A stretch of DNA of 64,000 nt, taken from positions 960,001 to 1,024,000 of the forward strand of contig CAXXLX010000001.1 in the NCBI GenBank assembly GCA_963665235.2, read 5' to 3'. Positions 1 through 9,868 of this stretch are shown piece by piece. The notes under the pieces are model-generated. The model saw nothing but the letters and a program-made list of their open reading frames with translations. It did no database searches and had not been told where the DNA came from. A program made the translations under genes and the position numbers. Origin of the DNA: Candidatus Poribacteria bacterium. Its GTDB lineage: Bacteria > Poribacteria > WGA-4E > WGA-3G. The first letter of the stretch is position 1; each line of letters starts with the position of its first letter.

Positions 1-134
1 GACGCTCGACAAAAAGGTAGAACAACAATTTATTGAATCACGGGATTACGAAGGTTTGGATTTCTACATACTTCAACATCTCCTTGGCTCATAACAATAG
101 AATGCAGCAACGGCCACAGAGGAAAAGAACACAC

Positions 135-788
135 ATGACACTGGATAAAACCCCTCTACACCCGGAGGACGGGCCATGTTATCGGTCTATTATGCTTGTA
201 GGCCCTCCCGGGGCAGGCAAAGGAACACAAGGAAAACTGCTCTCACAGATTCCCGGCATTGTTCACATCTCCAGCGGGGATATGTTCCGCCAACTCGATA
301 AAAATTCTGAATTGGGACAGCTTTTTCAGCAATTCGACAAGCACGGTGACTTAGTGCCTGATCAGGTCACAATTAAAATATGGTATCAATACGTTGAAAC
401 CAAAGTAGCGGAAAAGGTCTATAATCCTGAAAACGACCTGCTTGTACTGGATGGCATCCCTCGCGACATAGAGCAAGCAGAGTTGATAGCCCCTTATATT
501 GATGTCCTTAAAATCATCTATATGGTTTGTGAAGACCGCGAGGTGATGTTCGAGCGGATTCGCGGGCGAGCCCTCAAGGAGTATCGGCAGGATGACACCG
601 ATGAAGCCATCGTCCGGCACCGCTGGGACATTTACAAGGAAAAAACCGAACCGCTCATTGACTACTATCCACAAGAACTGATTAGAATCGTTGACGCTGA
701 TAAGATTCCCGCAGAAGTGCTTTACAATATCTTAGACGCAGTTGTTCCTATTCAAAGGCAACATTTCTCGCCCGCGTTTTTGTTGTAA
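135..788 (+). CDS. adk: Adenylate kinase
   Basis: P-loop GPPGAGKGTQ, HISSGDMFR, LVLDGIPR and RxDD motifs; short-LID type. ATG at 135 preferred over the ORF-finder start at 33. Confidence 0.9.
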   Translation: MTLDKTPLHPEDGPCYRSIMLVGPPGAGKGTQGKLLSQIPGIVHISSGDMFRQLDKNSELGQLFQQFDKHGDLVPDQVTIKIWYQYVETKVAEKVYNPENDLLVLDGIPRDIEQAELIAPYIDVLKIIYMVCEDREVMFERIRGRALKEYRQDDTDEAIVRHRWDIYKEKTEPLIDYYPQELIRIVDADKIPAEVLYNILDAVVPIQRQHFSPAFLL

Positions 789-839
789 CCCACCCCCCTC
801 TATTCCCATAACGATAGCACTCGCTGTCCGGTCAGGTAT

Positions 840-2441
840 TTAATCGCGGCGACGATAGAGATGAATTTCGGGATGGACAAGGGCACGCATCGGAAACGGT
901 GCCCCCCTATCGGCTATACGAATGCCTAAAAAGTAGGGGGTGCGGCGAAACGTGCGATGCAATTCATAACGGCTCTCTGCCCCCAAAATTCGTTCGTAAA
1001 ACGCTAGCGTTCCCGTTACGTCAATGTCCTGAAGCGGGTACCAATCCTGTTTTTGATACCTTTGGGGATGCTGGGCATATTTTTGAAACACCTCACTGTC
1101 GGGTACCAGAATCAGTGCCCATTCTGCTGGTTCATCTGTTAGGTCACGGTGTAATTCTGGGAGAAGCCAGTTGAATAAAATCTCCGGTGCGCCAGAAATA
1201 GCTGCCTGTTCCGGTATATTCTCGGCTATCCACTCGGCAGCCTCCTGTCTTGTCGGTTGGGTCAACAAAACGGATGCATGAGCTGCAGTGTAAACAAAGG
1301 CGTAAAGTGCGACAGTTGCCCCGATGACAATAGCAATCCGCTTATCAAACGTGTTTAGCGTTGCCGCAGCGAGAATAGTGAGGGCAGGGTAAAGAATCAA
1401 CAGATGCCGCGTAAACGTAACCTTATACGCGCCAATAAACAGCAGATACGGAATAATGAAAGCGAGTATGAGTAAACCCATCCGTGTTTTTTCATCTGTT
1501 ATAGTCGAAGATTTTCTGAGAGCTAGCCCCGATTTGATCAGTGTCCAGATTACACCGAAACTAACTAGCAGTGCAAGCGGTCCCCCCATTCCCCACTTGA
1601 GAAGTGTCCAGAGATAGCTAAACCGCTGTGCCCACCCGGTATCAGCAGAGGCAAATAACCCGAAATGCCCGCGATGGTAGTGCAGCGTTTCATACCAAAA
1701 ATCCTCAAAGAAATGGTTCCACGCTGGAGATACGACATCGATGAGCCAATAAGGACAGACCAGCGTAAAGGTTAAGACAGAAACAGCGATAACTGTTGCA
1801 AGTCGTCTATAAAAATTTTGTGTGCCAATAAAACAGAGAAGAGATAGACAGACGAAAACCGTTGGAAACTTGACTGCAAAAGCGATGCCGGCTACAATGC
1901 CGAGCCAGATAGCGGTTTTGAAGGTGAGGCGTGTCTCTCTCGCGGTTATGTAGAGAAACAGTGTGACGCAGAAGGTAGCAGGAATATCGACGAGTGCAAA
2001 ACGCGATTCGTTGGTGGCGTGTAGCATGGCAACCGCAAGAAGACCGGCGGCAATCTGCCCAACCCGCTTGTTATAACAACGCACGCCGAGGCGGTAGGTA
2101 AACCATAGCGTCGCTACAGAAAACAGGACATTGATAAACCGCGCCAGCCAAATCACGCGAGCCGCTGTTATATCGGCCCCCACGAGGGCAAACCCTTTAC
2201 CTATCAACGCAATGAGATAAAAGTAGGCTGTTCCCGGCCAGTTATAAATATCGGGCGGGGCAGTGAAATGGATGAGATTCAACACATTTTCAGCAATCAG
2301 CACCTCGCGCGGCTCAGGTGAATCGGGTAAACCAACCCCTATCCCCACAAGACGTAGCCCTAAGCCGATAACTATAATAGCAGGCATCACAAAGATATCA
2401 GGTGTGTAGGCGCGGGTTTTAGAGGTGATTGGTGATTTCAT
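840..2441 (-). CDS. ArnT/PMT-like (GT39/GT83) membrane glycosyltransferase
   Basis: Multi-TM protein with 'ARFINVLFSVATLWFTYRLG' and 'GIVAGIAFAVKFP' PMT_2-like segments and a C-terminal periplasmic domain. Confidence 0.75.
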   Translation of the reverse strand: MKSPITSKTRAYTPDIFVMPAIIVIGLGLRLVGIGVGLPDSPEPREVLIAENVLNLIHFTAPPDIYNWPGTAYFYLIALIGKGFALVGADITAARVIWLARFINVLFSVATLWFTYRLGVRCYNKRVGQIAAGLLAVAMLHATNESRFALVDIPATFCVTLFLYITARETRLTFKTAIWLGIVAGIAFAVKFPTVFVCLSLLCFIGTQNFYRRLATVIAVSVLTFTLVCPYWLIDVVSPAWNHFFEDFWYETLHYHRGHFGLFASADTGWAQRFSYLWTLLKWGMGGPLALLVSFGVIWTLIKSGLALRKSSTITDEKTRMGLLILAFIIPYLLFIGAYKVTFTRHLLILYPALTILAAATLNTFDKRIAIVIGATVALYAFVYTAAHASVLLTQPTRQEAAEWIAENIPEQAAISGAPEILFNWLLPELHRDLTDEPAEWALILVPDSEVFQKYAQHPQRYQKQDWYPLQDIDVTGTLAFYERILGAESRYELHRTFRRTPYFLGIRIADRGAPFPMRALVHPEIHLYRRRD

Positions 2442-2445
2442 CTAA

Positions 2446-2778
2446 TACCATTTCTAATTGAAAATGTCTCTTTCCAGTTTGTGTTCTTTCTTGTAGCATA
2501 AACTTCCAGTTTGTTCTTTCTTGCATAAACTTCCAGTTTGTTCTTTCTTGTAGCATAAACTCCCATAAACTTCCAGTTTGTTCTTTCTTGCATAAACTTC
2601 CAGTTTGTGTTCTTTCTTGTAGCATAAACTTAGCATAAACTTCCAGTTTGTTCTTTCTTGTAGCATAAAACTTTTCCAGTTTGTGTTCTTTCTTGTAGCA
2701 TAAACTTCCAGTTTGGGTCTTCCGTTCTCTGTTCATTTCTAACAACCGGTAATGATAGAATAAGTAATAAAAATGGTA
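2446..2778 (-). mobile_element. MITE family A (TACCATTT termini, TAA TSD) with ~8 irregular internal repeat units
   Basis: Ends TACCATTTCTAAT / ATAAAAATGGTA; TAA at 2443-45 and 2779-81; 8 copies of CCAGTTTG. Inverted relative to the other copies. Confidence 0.9.
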
Positions 2779-2781
2779 TAA

Positions 2782-3378
2782 CTAGTGTGAGACCTTATCC
2801 CACAATTCGGCGGGGAGCGTTTGTCGGAGCTGTGTTATCTCTTCTGTCATGGGTGGGAGCTCCAATTTTTCAAAAATGTCTTGCCACCGTCTCGGCTGCG
2901 AACGTTCAACGTAGATAGGGATAAACCCTAGATTCAGATAGGTTTTAATGGCGGGGAGGCGAAAATCGTCGGTGTCAAGCATAGCACACTTGAATCGGCA
3001 GTCACGAAAATAGTACAGCACCGCAAGCGACACCCATTTTCCGAGCTTATGTCCCGTATGTTCAGCAACAACGCCTACCATGTGCACATAACCAACCTCT
3101 GTTTCATCGGGAGATTGTCGCCAGGCGCAGGCAGTGCCGACTGGAATACCTTGATGTGTTGCGAAATAGAGTCCATCGGGGATAAATACATCGCGCCCCG
3201 TAATTTCAGCCTGCGTGTCTTGCACGGTGCGCTGCCGTCCTCCGAACGAATCGCTAATGATGTTTGCCCAGTGTATCTCATCCCCCTCCCGGTAGGTGCG
3301 TATACTGTAGCCGGGGGGGAGCTCTAATTTCGGTAAGCGTTTTAAGTTAGGGCGCACCATTCTGAGCTGTCGTGCCAT
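2782..3378 (-). CDS. GNAT-family N-acetyltransferase
   Basis: Motif A 'VHMVGVVAEHTGHKLGK' and motif B 'AIKTYLNLGF'. Confidence 0.85.
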   Translation of the reverse strand: MARQLRMVRPNLKRLPKLELPPGYSIRTYREGDEIHWANIISDSFGGRQRTVQDTQAEITGRDVFIPDGLYFATHQGIPVGTACAWRQSPDETEVGYVHMVGVVAEHTGHKLGKWVSLAVLYYFRDCRFKCAMLDTDDFRLPAIKTYLNLGFIPIYVERSQPRRWQDIFEKLELPPMTEEITQLRQTLPAELWDKVSH

Positions 3379-3609
3379 CCGTTTTCTCCGTACACGTGAG
3401 CTTGATAATAAATATCCGTTTTCTCTAAACCTTTTTCATCGCGAAAAAAGCGGTATAATTGTAGCATAAACTTCCTAGTTTGTGCTGTTTTTTGCTAAAA
3501 CTACCACAGAACGCTCTAGGTCAAAACTTTTTTTCAAACTCGCGTTCCGTACTGCTAATTTACGAATTGTGCCAATTATACCACATCTTTAAAATTCGTG
3601 CAAAAACGT

Positions 3610-3638
3610 TTTACAATATTTTTCAAACATGCTATAAT
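3610..3638 (+). promoter_or_regulatory. sigma70-type promoter for the aroK operon
   Basis: TTTACA-17 nt-TATAAT with an extended -10 TG, about 78 nt upstream of aroK. Confidence 0.6.
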
Positions 3639-3715
3639 TTTTTAAAGTGGTCTTCAGTCTTCAGTGTTTTCGGACTGACAACTGATAATTATTCTCGATT
3701 GAAAGGTGAAAAGAG

Positions 3716-4228
3716 GTGGTCAAAAACGTGTCCAATATTGTGCTTGTCGGTTTTATGGGAACAGGGAAAACCTCTGTTGGTGAACAGCTTTCCTCGCGCC
3801 TCGGGATGCATTATGTTGATACGGACGATGTTGTCGAACAGATGAGCGGTCGTAGCATTTCTGATATTTTTGCCGAAGACGGTGAACCCGCCTTTCGCCA
3901 GCTCGAGAGTGAGGCTGTTCAGAAAGTGTCAAAACTCAACAACCATGTTATCTCCACAGGCGGGGGGGTTGTCTTGAAAAAGTCTAACATCGTAACTCTG
4001 AAGCAGACCGGTACTGTTTTCTGTTTAACGGCAACGGCAGAGGAAATCTATCGGCGTGTTGGTCATGAAACGCACCGTCCACTGCTCCAAACACCCGATG
4101 CGTTAGCGAAGATACGGACGATGTTGACAGAACGCGCCCCCTATTACGCAGAAGCAGATTATATGGTCGAAACGACTGGCCGTTCGTTTGAAGAGATTAT
4201 CGCGCATATCAGAGAAATATTGGACTAG
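3716..4228 (+). CDS. aroK: Shikimate kinase
   Basis: GFMGTGKT P-loop, DTD, GEPAFRQLE, STGGGVV and RPLL motifs. Confidence 0.95.
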   Translation: MVKNVSNIVLVGFMGTGKTSVGEQLSSRLGMHYVDTDDVVEQMSGRSISDIFAEDGEPAFRQLESEAVQKVSKLNNHVISTGGGVVLKKSNIVTLKQTGTVFCLTATAEEIYRRVGHETHRPLLQTPDALAKIRTMLTERAPYYAEADYMVETTGRSFEEIIAHIREILD

Positions 4229-4266
4229 GCACGGTCTGCCGTGTCGTAACTTGCTGTGAAGGCAAC

Positions 4267-5355
4267 ATGTTGAAAACCTTACGCGTCGAACTCGGCGCAA
4301 ACAGTTATCCGCTCCACATCGGAGCGGCGATTCTTAACCGTACGGGGGAGCTGCTTAAACCGCACGCGACATCCGCGAAAGTGCTTATTGTTACCGACAC
4401 TTTCGTTAATCAACAGTATACCCCCGTTGTCCAGCAAAGTTTAACCGCTGCGGGGTTTGATGTAAACACAGTTGAGGTGCCTGTCGGTGAAGCGAGCAAA
4501 TCGTTAGCGCAGTTCGCTCGGATACAGGATAGTTTGGTAACACATCAACTTGATAGAGGCTCAACGCTCATCGCTCTCGGTGGGGGTGTTGTCGGCGATT
4601 TAGGCGGGTTTGCGGCTGCGGTGTATATGCGCGGCATCGCTTATGTGCAAATCCCGACCACACTACAAGCTCAAGTAGATGCCAGTGTCGGCGGGAAAAC
4701 GGCAATTAACCACCCGAAAGGCAAAAACCTTATCGGAGCATTCCATCAACCGAAGTTAGTCCTAATTGATGTCAACACGTTAGAGACTTTACCGCAACGC
4801 GACATCCGTGCAGGACTCATTGAAGTCATTAAGATGGGGGTTATCCGCGATGAACCGCTGTTTGCAATGGTAGAAGAAAACCTACACGCTATATTGCATT
4901 TGGATGCGGGGACGCTAATTGAGATGATTGACCGCGCATGTGCTAACAAAGCGGACATCGTAGCGAAAGATGAAAAGGAGAGTGGGCTCCGGATGGTGCT
5001 TAACTATGGGCATACGTTCGGGCATGCATTAGAGGCACTAACACATTACAACACATACCGACACGGTGAAGCCGTTTCTATCGGCATGAATTGCGCCGCA
5101 CGATTAGCAGCCAATTTGGGGATGCTCTCCGAAACCGACTTTGAACGGCAACGCACCCTCTTAAAGCAAGCAAATCTGCCACTTACTTTTCCACCGGACG
5201 TTGCACCGGAAACGTTATGTGACGCTATGTACTTGGACAAAAAGACGTTGGGTGGCAAACTTCGCCTTATATTGCCAAAACGGATTGGCGAAGTCGTTAT
5301 CCGAGACGATGTGTCGGACACACAGATTGTCCAAGCAATTTCACAATGTCATTAG
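4267..5355 (+). CDS. aroB: 3-dehydroquinate synthase
   Basis: GGGVVGDLGGF, PTTLQAQVDASVGGKT, LNYGHTFGHALE, HGEAV and DKK motifs. Confidence 0.97.
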   Translation: MLKTLRVELGANSYPLHIGAAILNRTGELLKPHATSAKVLIVTDTFVNQQYTPVVQQSLTAAGFDVNTVEVPVGEASKSLAQFARIQDSLVTHQLDRGSTLIALGGGVVGDLGGFAAAVYMRGIAYVQIPTTLQAQVDASVGGKTAINHPKGKNLIGAFHQPKLVLIDVNTLETLPQRDIRAGLIEVIKMGVIRDEPLFAMVEENLHAILHLDAGTLIEMIDRACANKADIVAKDEKESGLRMVLNYGHTFGHALEALTHYNTYRHGEAVSIGMNCAARLAANLGMLSETDFERQRTLLKQANLPLTFPPDVAPETLCDAMYLDKKTLGGKLRLILPKRIGEVVIRDDVSDTQIVQAISQCH

Positions 5356-5388
5356 TTTATCAAATCCAACTCTTTTAATAGGAAATTT

Positions 5389-6621
5389 ATGACTTACAAC
5401 AAAGTACTATTATGGATGGTCGCTTGTTCAGTTTTATTATTATGCGGCAACTTTGCATTCAGTCAAGAACCTGCGCTTCCACCACAAGAACCTGTGCCTG
5501 AAGCTCCGTTACAGGAGCCCGTGCCACAAGAACCTGCCCCGCCATCACAAGAACTTACACCTCCATCAAACGTGGTTGCAAAAGACACCCCAAACGATGA
5601 TGGCTCAAGCATCACTATCACATGGGATGCTGCCGAAGATAGCACAGTCGTTGGGTACAAAATCTTGCGTAACACTGATTCGGGTGAGTTCGAAGAAATT
5701 GGCCAACAGTTAGAGGCAGGTACGACAGAATATAAAGATACCGAGATAGAAAAAGGTAAAACACATGCCTATATTGTACGTGCCATTACCAACACTGAGG
5801 CGACAGTGGAGTCACAACCGACAGAGTCAGTCCAAGCGAGGGGACAATGGTTTCACAGTGGTAAAATCCAACTTTTTATTGCCATGCTTGTCTTTTCCGC
5901 TGCGATCCTTGGAAGTATATCTCTTTCACGTAATAGTAAAGAGGTATTCGTTCGGCGTATTCCCGGTCTCGAAGCAGTAGATGAGGCAATCGGCAGAGCT
6001 ACCGAGATGGGACGCTCAATCTTATACGTGCTTGGATTAGGCGGTGTCAGTGGTCCCGCCACTATTGCAAGTATGACGATACTTGGGCAGGTCGCACGTC
6101 GAACAGCAGACTATGAAACAACCTTACGCGTGCCTTGTAATGATCCGATTGTGCTGAACGTCGTGCGTGAAATGGTAAAAGCCTCATATCTTGATGAAGG
6201 CCGTCCCGATGCCTATAGTGAGGAGGATATCTTCTTCCTTACAGATAGCCAGTTTGCTTATGCTGCAGGCGTTGACGGGATGATGCTACGCGAAAAACCT
6301 GCTGCCATCTTTTTGCAAGGGACATTCTACGCAGAATCACTTATCCTTGCTGAAACAGGTAATTCTATCGGCGCGATTCAGATTGCTGGCACAGATTCTG
6401 AACACCAACTCCCGTTCTTAATCACAGCATGTGATTATACATTGATTGGTGAGGAGCTCTATGCCGCCAGTGCATATCTTTCCAAAGAACCGATGCTACT
6501 CGGAAGCCTTAGAGGACAAGATTGGGGGAAGCTACTCATTTTTGCAACTATCGTTCTCGGCGTATTCCTCGAGCTGTTCGGAGTCAACTGGATTACAACC
6601 CTTTTACAGCGGGTGAGTTAG
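5389..6621 (+). CDS. Uncharacterised membrane protein: signal peptide, Pro-rich PQEP repeats, FN3 domain, TM, DUF6754-like domain
   Basis: 'DTPNDDGSSITITW...GYKILR' FN3; 'RRIPGLEAVDEAIGRATEMGR' and 'CDYTLIGEELYAASAYL' resemble DUF6754 (recognised from memory, not searched). Confidence 0.7.
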   Translation: MTYNKVLLWMVACSVLLLCGNFAFSQEPALPPQEPVPEAPLQEPVPQEPAPPSQELTPPSNVVAKDTPNDDGSSITITWDAAEDSTVVGYKILRNTDSGEFEEIGQQLEAGTTEYKDTEIEKGKTHAYIVRAITNTEATVESQPTESVQARGQWFHSGKIQLFIAMLVFSAAILGSISLSRNSKEVFVRRIPGLEAVDEAIGRATEMGRSILYVLGLGGVSGPATIASMTILGQVARRTADYETTLRVPCNDPIVLNVVREMVKASYLDEGRPDAYSEEDIFFLTDSQFAYAAGVDGMMLREKPAAIFLQGTFYAESLILAETGNSIGAIQIAGTDSEHQLPFLITACDYTLIGEELYAASAYLSKEPMLLGSLRGQDWGKLLIFATIVLGVFLELFGVNWITTLLQRVS

Positions 6622-6629
6622 GAGGTCCC

Positions 6630-7298
6630 ATGAAGAGACAAATTCCATTAATACTCTGTTTTCTATTCGGGATCATAATGATCTTAACTCAGTTTAGTCC
6701 ACATTCGTCTTCTCAAGGTGTATATGAAGAGATTATGAATTGGGCACGTATTATAACCCCCTTCGCGTTAGTGTTCAGTACAATAACCCTTATCCAAACA
6801 CATGTCACGCGTATACGCCGCAGGACCGATCATTGGCAATACAGTTTCTTGGTTTTTCTGGGTATTGCTATTATGGTAGCGGTTGGAATTCCTTTCGGAC
6901 CGCAACACCCTGTCTTTGAATGGTTATTTAACAATGTGCAACTGCCAATGGATGCGACAATGTTTTCACTACTCGCTTTCTTTATCGCGTCAGCGGCATA
7001 CCGCGCATTCCGCGCACGAAATACTGAAGCATCATTACTCCTAATTACTGCGGTTATTGTTATGTTAGGCAACGTACCCGTGGGCGATCTGATTTGGAAT
7101 AAATTAATCGCTTTGACACCGTGGGCGGGGGTAGAAAGCTTGACTGATGGTTCCTCAGGTCTGAAACAGTGGATTTTAGACAATCCGAACCTCTCAGCCA
7201 GACGTGGAATTATCCTCGGCGTGAGTTTAGGTGTAATTTCACAATCCATCCGCATTATATTGGGCATCGAACGTTCATATCTTGGGGGAGGAGATTAA
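6630..7298 (+). CDS. Uncharacterised polytopic membrane protein (operon gene 2)
   Basis: GGAGG RBS then ATG at 6630; ~6 hydrophobic helices; 'MFSLLAFFIASAAYRAFR' and 'RIILGIERSYLG'. Confidence 0.75.
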   Translation: MKRQIPLILCFLFGIIMILTQFSPHSSSQGVYEEIMNWARIITPFALVFSTITLIQTHVTRIRRRTDHWQYSFLVFLGIAIMVAVGIPFGPQHPVFEWLFNNVQLPMDATMFSLLAFFIASAAYRAFRARNTEASLLLITAVIVMLGNVPVGDLIWNKLIALTPWAGVESLTDGSSGLKQWILDNPNLSARRGIILGVSLGVISQSIRIILGIERSYLGGGD

Positions 7299-7301
7299 CA
7301 C

Positions 7302-8117
7302 ATGCTAACAAAATTGGTAAATATGGATCGGCGAATCGTCTTCATTTTGGTTGCATTGGCAGTCATCATCCCCATGTTGTTACCTGTCAGTTTACCAGTG
7401 TCTATTTCTGAACCGACCCAGAATCTCTACGACTATATTGATAAACTCCCTGAAGGAGCAGCGATTATGCTCGTTTTTGACTACGGGCCCTCCTCTTTAG
7501 CGGAGCTGAACCCTATGGCGAAGGCTATATTGAAACAGTGCTTCGACAAAGATATTAAAGTCATCGGACTTACACTTTATGCCGTGGGAACAACTATGGG
7601 AAGTAATCTGATGCAGGAGGTCGCAAAAGAAAAAGGTGCTGTCAACGGTGAAGATTATGTCTTCCTCGGATTTCGGCCCGGTGCTGAACTAGTGATTCTC
7701 GGCATGGGCACTGACATCGCGAGTATCTTTGAAAAGGATTTTTACGAAACCCCAACTACCGACTTACCGATGATGAAAAACATTACCAACTATGATCAAA
7801 TTGAATTAGTTGTCGATTTATCTTCTGGCAGTTTGACAGAGTACTGGATTACCTATGCAAATGTGCAATATAATCAGAAAATCGCCGCGGGAGTTACAGG
7901 TGTCATAATCTCACAGATGTACCCCTATTTACAAACGGGACAATTAATAGGATTGATATCGGGTATTGCGGGTGCTGCCGAATATGAACGTTTAATAAAT
8001 GCCCCCGCAAAAGGGCTGTTGTGGATAAATGTTGAATCGTTTGTACACCTGCTGATTGTCCTGTTGGTAATCATTGGCAACATCGCCTTCTTTGTTCGGA
8101 GAAAGCAAGAGGAGTAA
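7302..8117 (+). CDS. Uncharacterised membrane-anchored alpha/beta protein (operon gene 3)
   Basis: N- and C-terminal TM helices around a soluble domain; 'YPYLQTGQLIGLISGIAGAAEYE'. Starts 3 nt after the gene 2 stop. Confidence 0.75.
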   Translation: MLTKLVNMDRRIVFILVALAVIIPMLLPVSLPVSISEPTQNLYDYIDKLPEGAAIMLVFDYGPSSLAELNPMAKAILKQCFDKDIKVIGLTLYAVGTTMGSNLMQEVAKEKGAVNGEDYVFLGFRPGAELVILGMGTDIASIFEKDFYETPTTDLPMMKNITNYDQIELVVDLSSGSLTEYWITYANVQYNQKIAAGVTGVIISQMYPYLQTGQLIGLISGIAGAAEYERLINAPAKGLLWINVESFVHLLIVLLVIIGNIAFFVRRKQEE

Positions 8118-8121
8118 ATTA

Positions 8122-8820
8122 ATGGAACTTTTTGGCATCTGGATTGCCGCATTTCTAACACTATGTATTTATAGTTTTCTTTATCGGGACAATCCGTTTT
8201 ATCGGTTCGCAGAATATCTGTTTGTCGGCATGTCAGTCGGATACGGTATCGTACTTCAATATCATCAAGGGTTTATACCGTTCGCATGGGAACCTTTTTC
8301 GGATGCAGTAACAGGGGGTTCGTGGACAGGTTGGATAAAGTTGATTCCGATTGGGGTTGGTTTGTTATTTTTCTCTGGGTTATCACCCCGACATACTTGG
8401 CTGATTCGGTTTCCGAGTGCAATTCTTATCGGTGTAGGGTGTGGGCTCGCTATTCCGAATGTTCTACGCGCCAATATTTTTGAGCAAACACGTGGCACAG
8501 TGGAACCCTTTTCAGAAATTCATAATCAAGTTACAGGGCAAGTTCCAGCGATTGAAGTAATGTCTTCTGGAGAATTGACTTTTTTCATTATCGGGGCGGT
8601 CCTTATGGTAATTGGTGTGATTTGCACACTTACCTATTTTTTCTTTTCGGTGGAGCATAGAGGCCCGGTCAAATGGGTATCAAAGGTCGGTATTGCCTTT
8701 CTCATGATAGGTTTCGGTTCAGCGTTCGGTAACACCGTCATGGGGCGTGTGGCACTACTGATTCAGCGCGTTGATTTTCTACTAAACGATTGGCTCGGTT
8801 CCATTAGCGCACTTTTCTGA
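8122..8820 (+). CDS. Uncharacterised polytopic membrane protein (operon gene 4)
   Basis: GAGGAG RBS, ATG at 8122; 'YSFLYRDNPFYRFAEYLFVG' and 'LMIGFGSAFGNTVMGR'; ~6 TM. Confidence 0.75.
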   Translation: MELFGIWIAAFLTLCIYSFLYRDNPFYRFAEYLFVGMSVGYGIVLQYHQGFIPFAWEPFSDAVTGGSWTGWIKLIPIGVGLLFFSGLSPRHTWLIRFPSAILIGVGCGLAIPNVLRANIFEQTRGTVEPFSEIHNQVTGQVPAIEVMSSGELTFFIIGAVLMVIGVICTLTYFFFSVEHRGPVKWVSKVGIAFLMIGFGSAFGNTVMGRVALLIQRVDFLLNDWLGSISALF

Positions 8821-8845
8821 CGTTCCTAAAAACGCGCACAGTGAG

Positions 8846-9868
8846 GTGACAGATATGACACCTGAAAACAGCACGAAAAAAGTTGAGGAGACAGCACACG
8901 CCTACGCGACCGACCCCACGTTTGTCCTCGTAGAGAGGGCGATAGCCGAGGCAGATATGCTACAGAAGGCAGGGAAAATTGCCGAAGCCGTTGAGAAATG
9001 GCGTGCAATCGCAAACATCACCGAAGGAACAGACAACGCACTCGCCGCAGACGCATGGGTCAATGTAGGGAATCTGCTGACAGCGCGCAATAACGACGAG
9101 ACAGCACTTGATGCCTACGACAACGCTATACGGTTGAATCCAGCACATGCAGAAGCATATCTCTATCGCGGAAAGGTCAAAAACGCATTGGAATGTTATG
9201 AAGCTGCACTCTCGGACCTCGATGAAGCCCTCCAGCTACAGCGGGACTGTAAGGTAGAAGCGATTTCCCAATTGCGAGCAGAAATCCACACTGCCCGGGG
9301 GGTAGCAAAATTCGGGCTCGGTGAACACAACGCCGCATTCGCTGAACACACAACAGCACTTCGTCTAAATCCGAACTGTGCAGAGGCATACTACAACCGG
9401 GGGATTGCGAAGATGAAGCTAGGCGAATATGAAACTGTTATTACGGAACTTGACGCGGCACTCCGTATCAACCCAGATATGGCGGAAGCCTATCACTATC
9501 GGGGTTACGTGAAATTCTTCATGAGTCAATTTAAGGAGGCTCTTTCGGATTATGACCATGCGATTCGCCTTGCACCGTGGCAGGGAGCTAGCTACACCAA
9601 CCGGGGGCTTGTGAAATATTCGTTAGGACAGCGTGAGGAGGCACTCGCTGACTATGAAGAAGCAATTCGTGTAGCCCCAACGTTCGCGCACGGTTACACG
9701 TATCGGGCAGAGATGAAAATCCGCCAAAATCGCGATGCAGAAGCAAGAGCAGACTTGGAAATTGCCTTGAAACTTGCGCGTGCCGCCGGCGATGAAATCC
9801 ACCAAGTTTACGTTGAAACCTCAATTAAAGAACTTGACGAATCAGAGGAAACAACAACTTATGCCTGA
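8846..9868 (+). CDS. Tetratricopeptide-repeat protein (paralog 1)
   Basis: Multiple 34-aa repeats of the type 'A.AY..RG.....LG....A..DY..A.RL.P'. Confidence 0.9.
   Translation: MTDMTPENSTKKVEETAHAYATDPTFVLVERAIAEADMLQKAGKIAEAVEKWRAIANITEGTDNALAADAWVNVGNLLTARNNDETALDAYDNAIRLNPAHAEAYLYRGKVKNALECYEAALSDLDEALQLQRDCKVEAISQLRAEIHTARGVAKFGLGEHNAAFAEHTTALRLNPNCAEAYYNRGIAKMKLGEYETVITELDAALRINPDMAEAYHYRGYVKFFMSQFKEALSDYDHAIRLAPWQGASYTNRGLVKYSLGQREEALADYEEAIRVAPTFAHGYTYRAEMKIRQNRDAEARADLEIALKLARAAGDEIHQVYVETSIKELDESEETTTYA

Noticed and set aside
2419-2745. Repetitive ORFs (108 aa and 70 aa)
   Set aside because: They are translations of the MITE tandem array, with no RBS or protein-like features.
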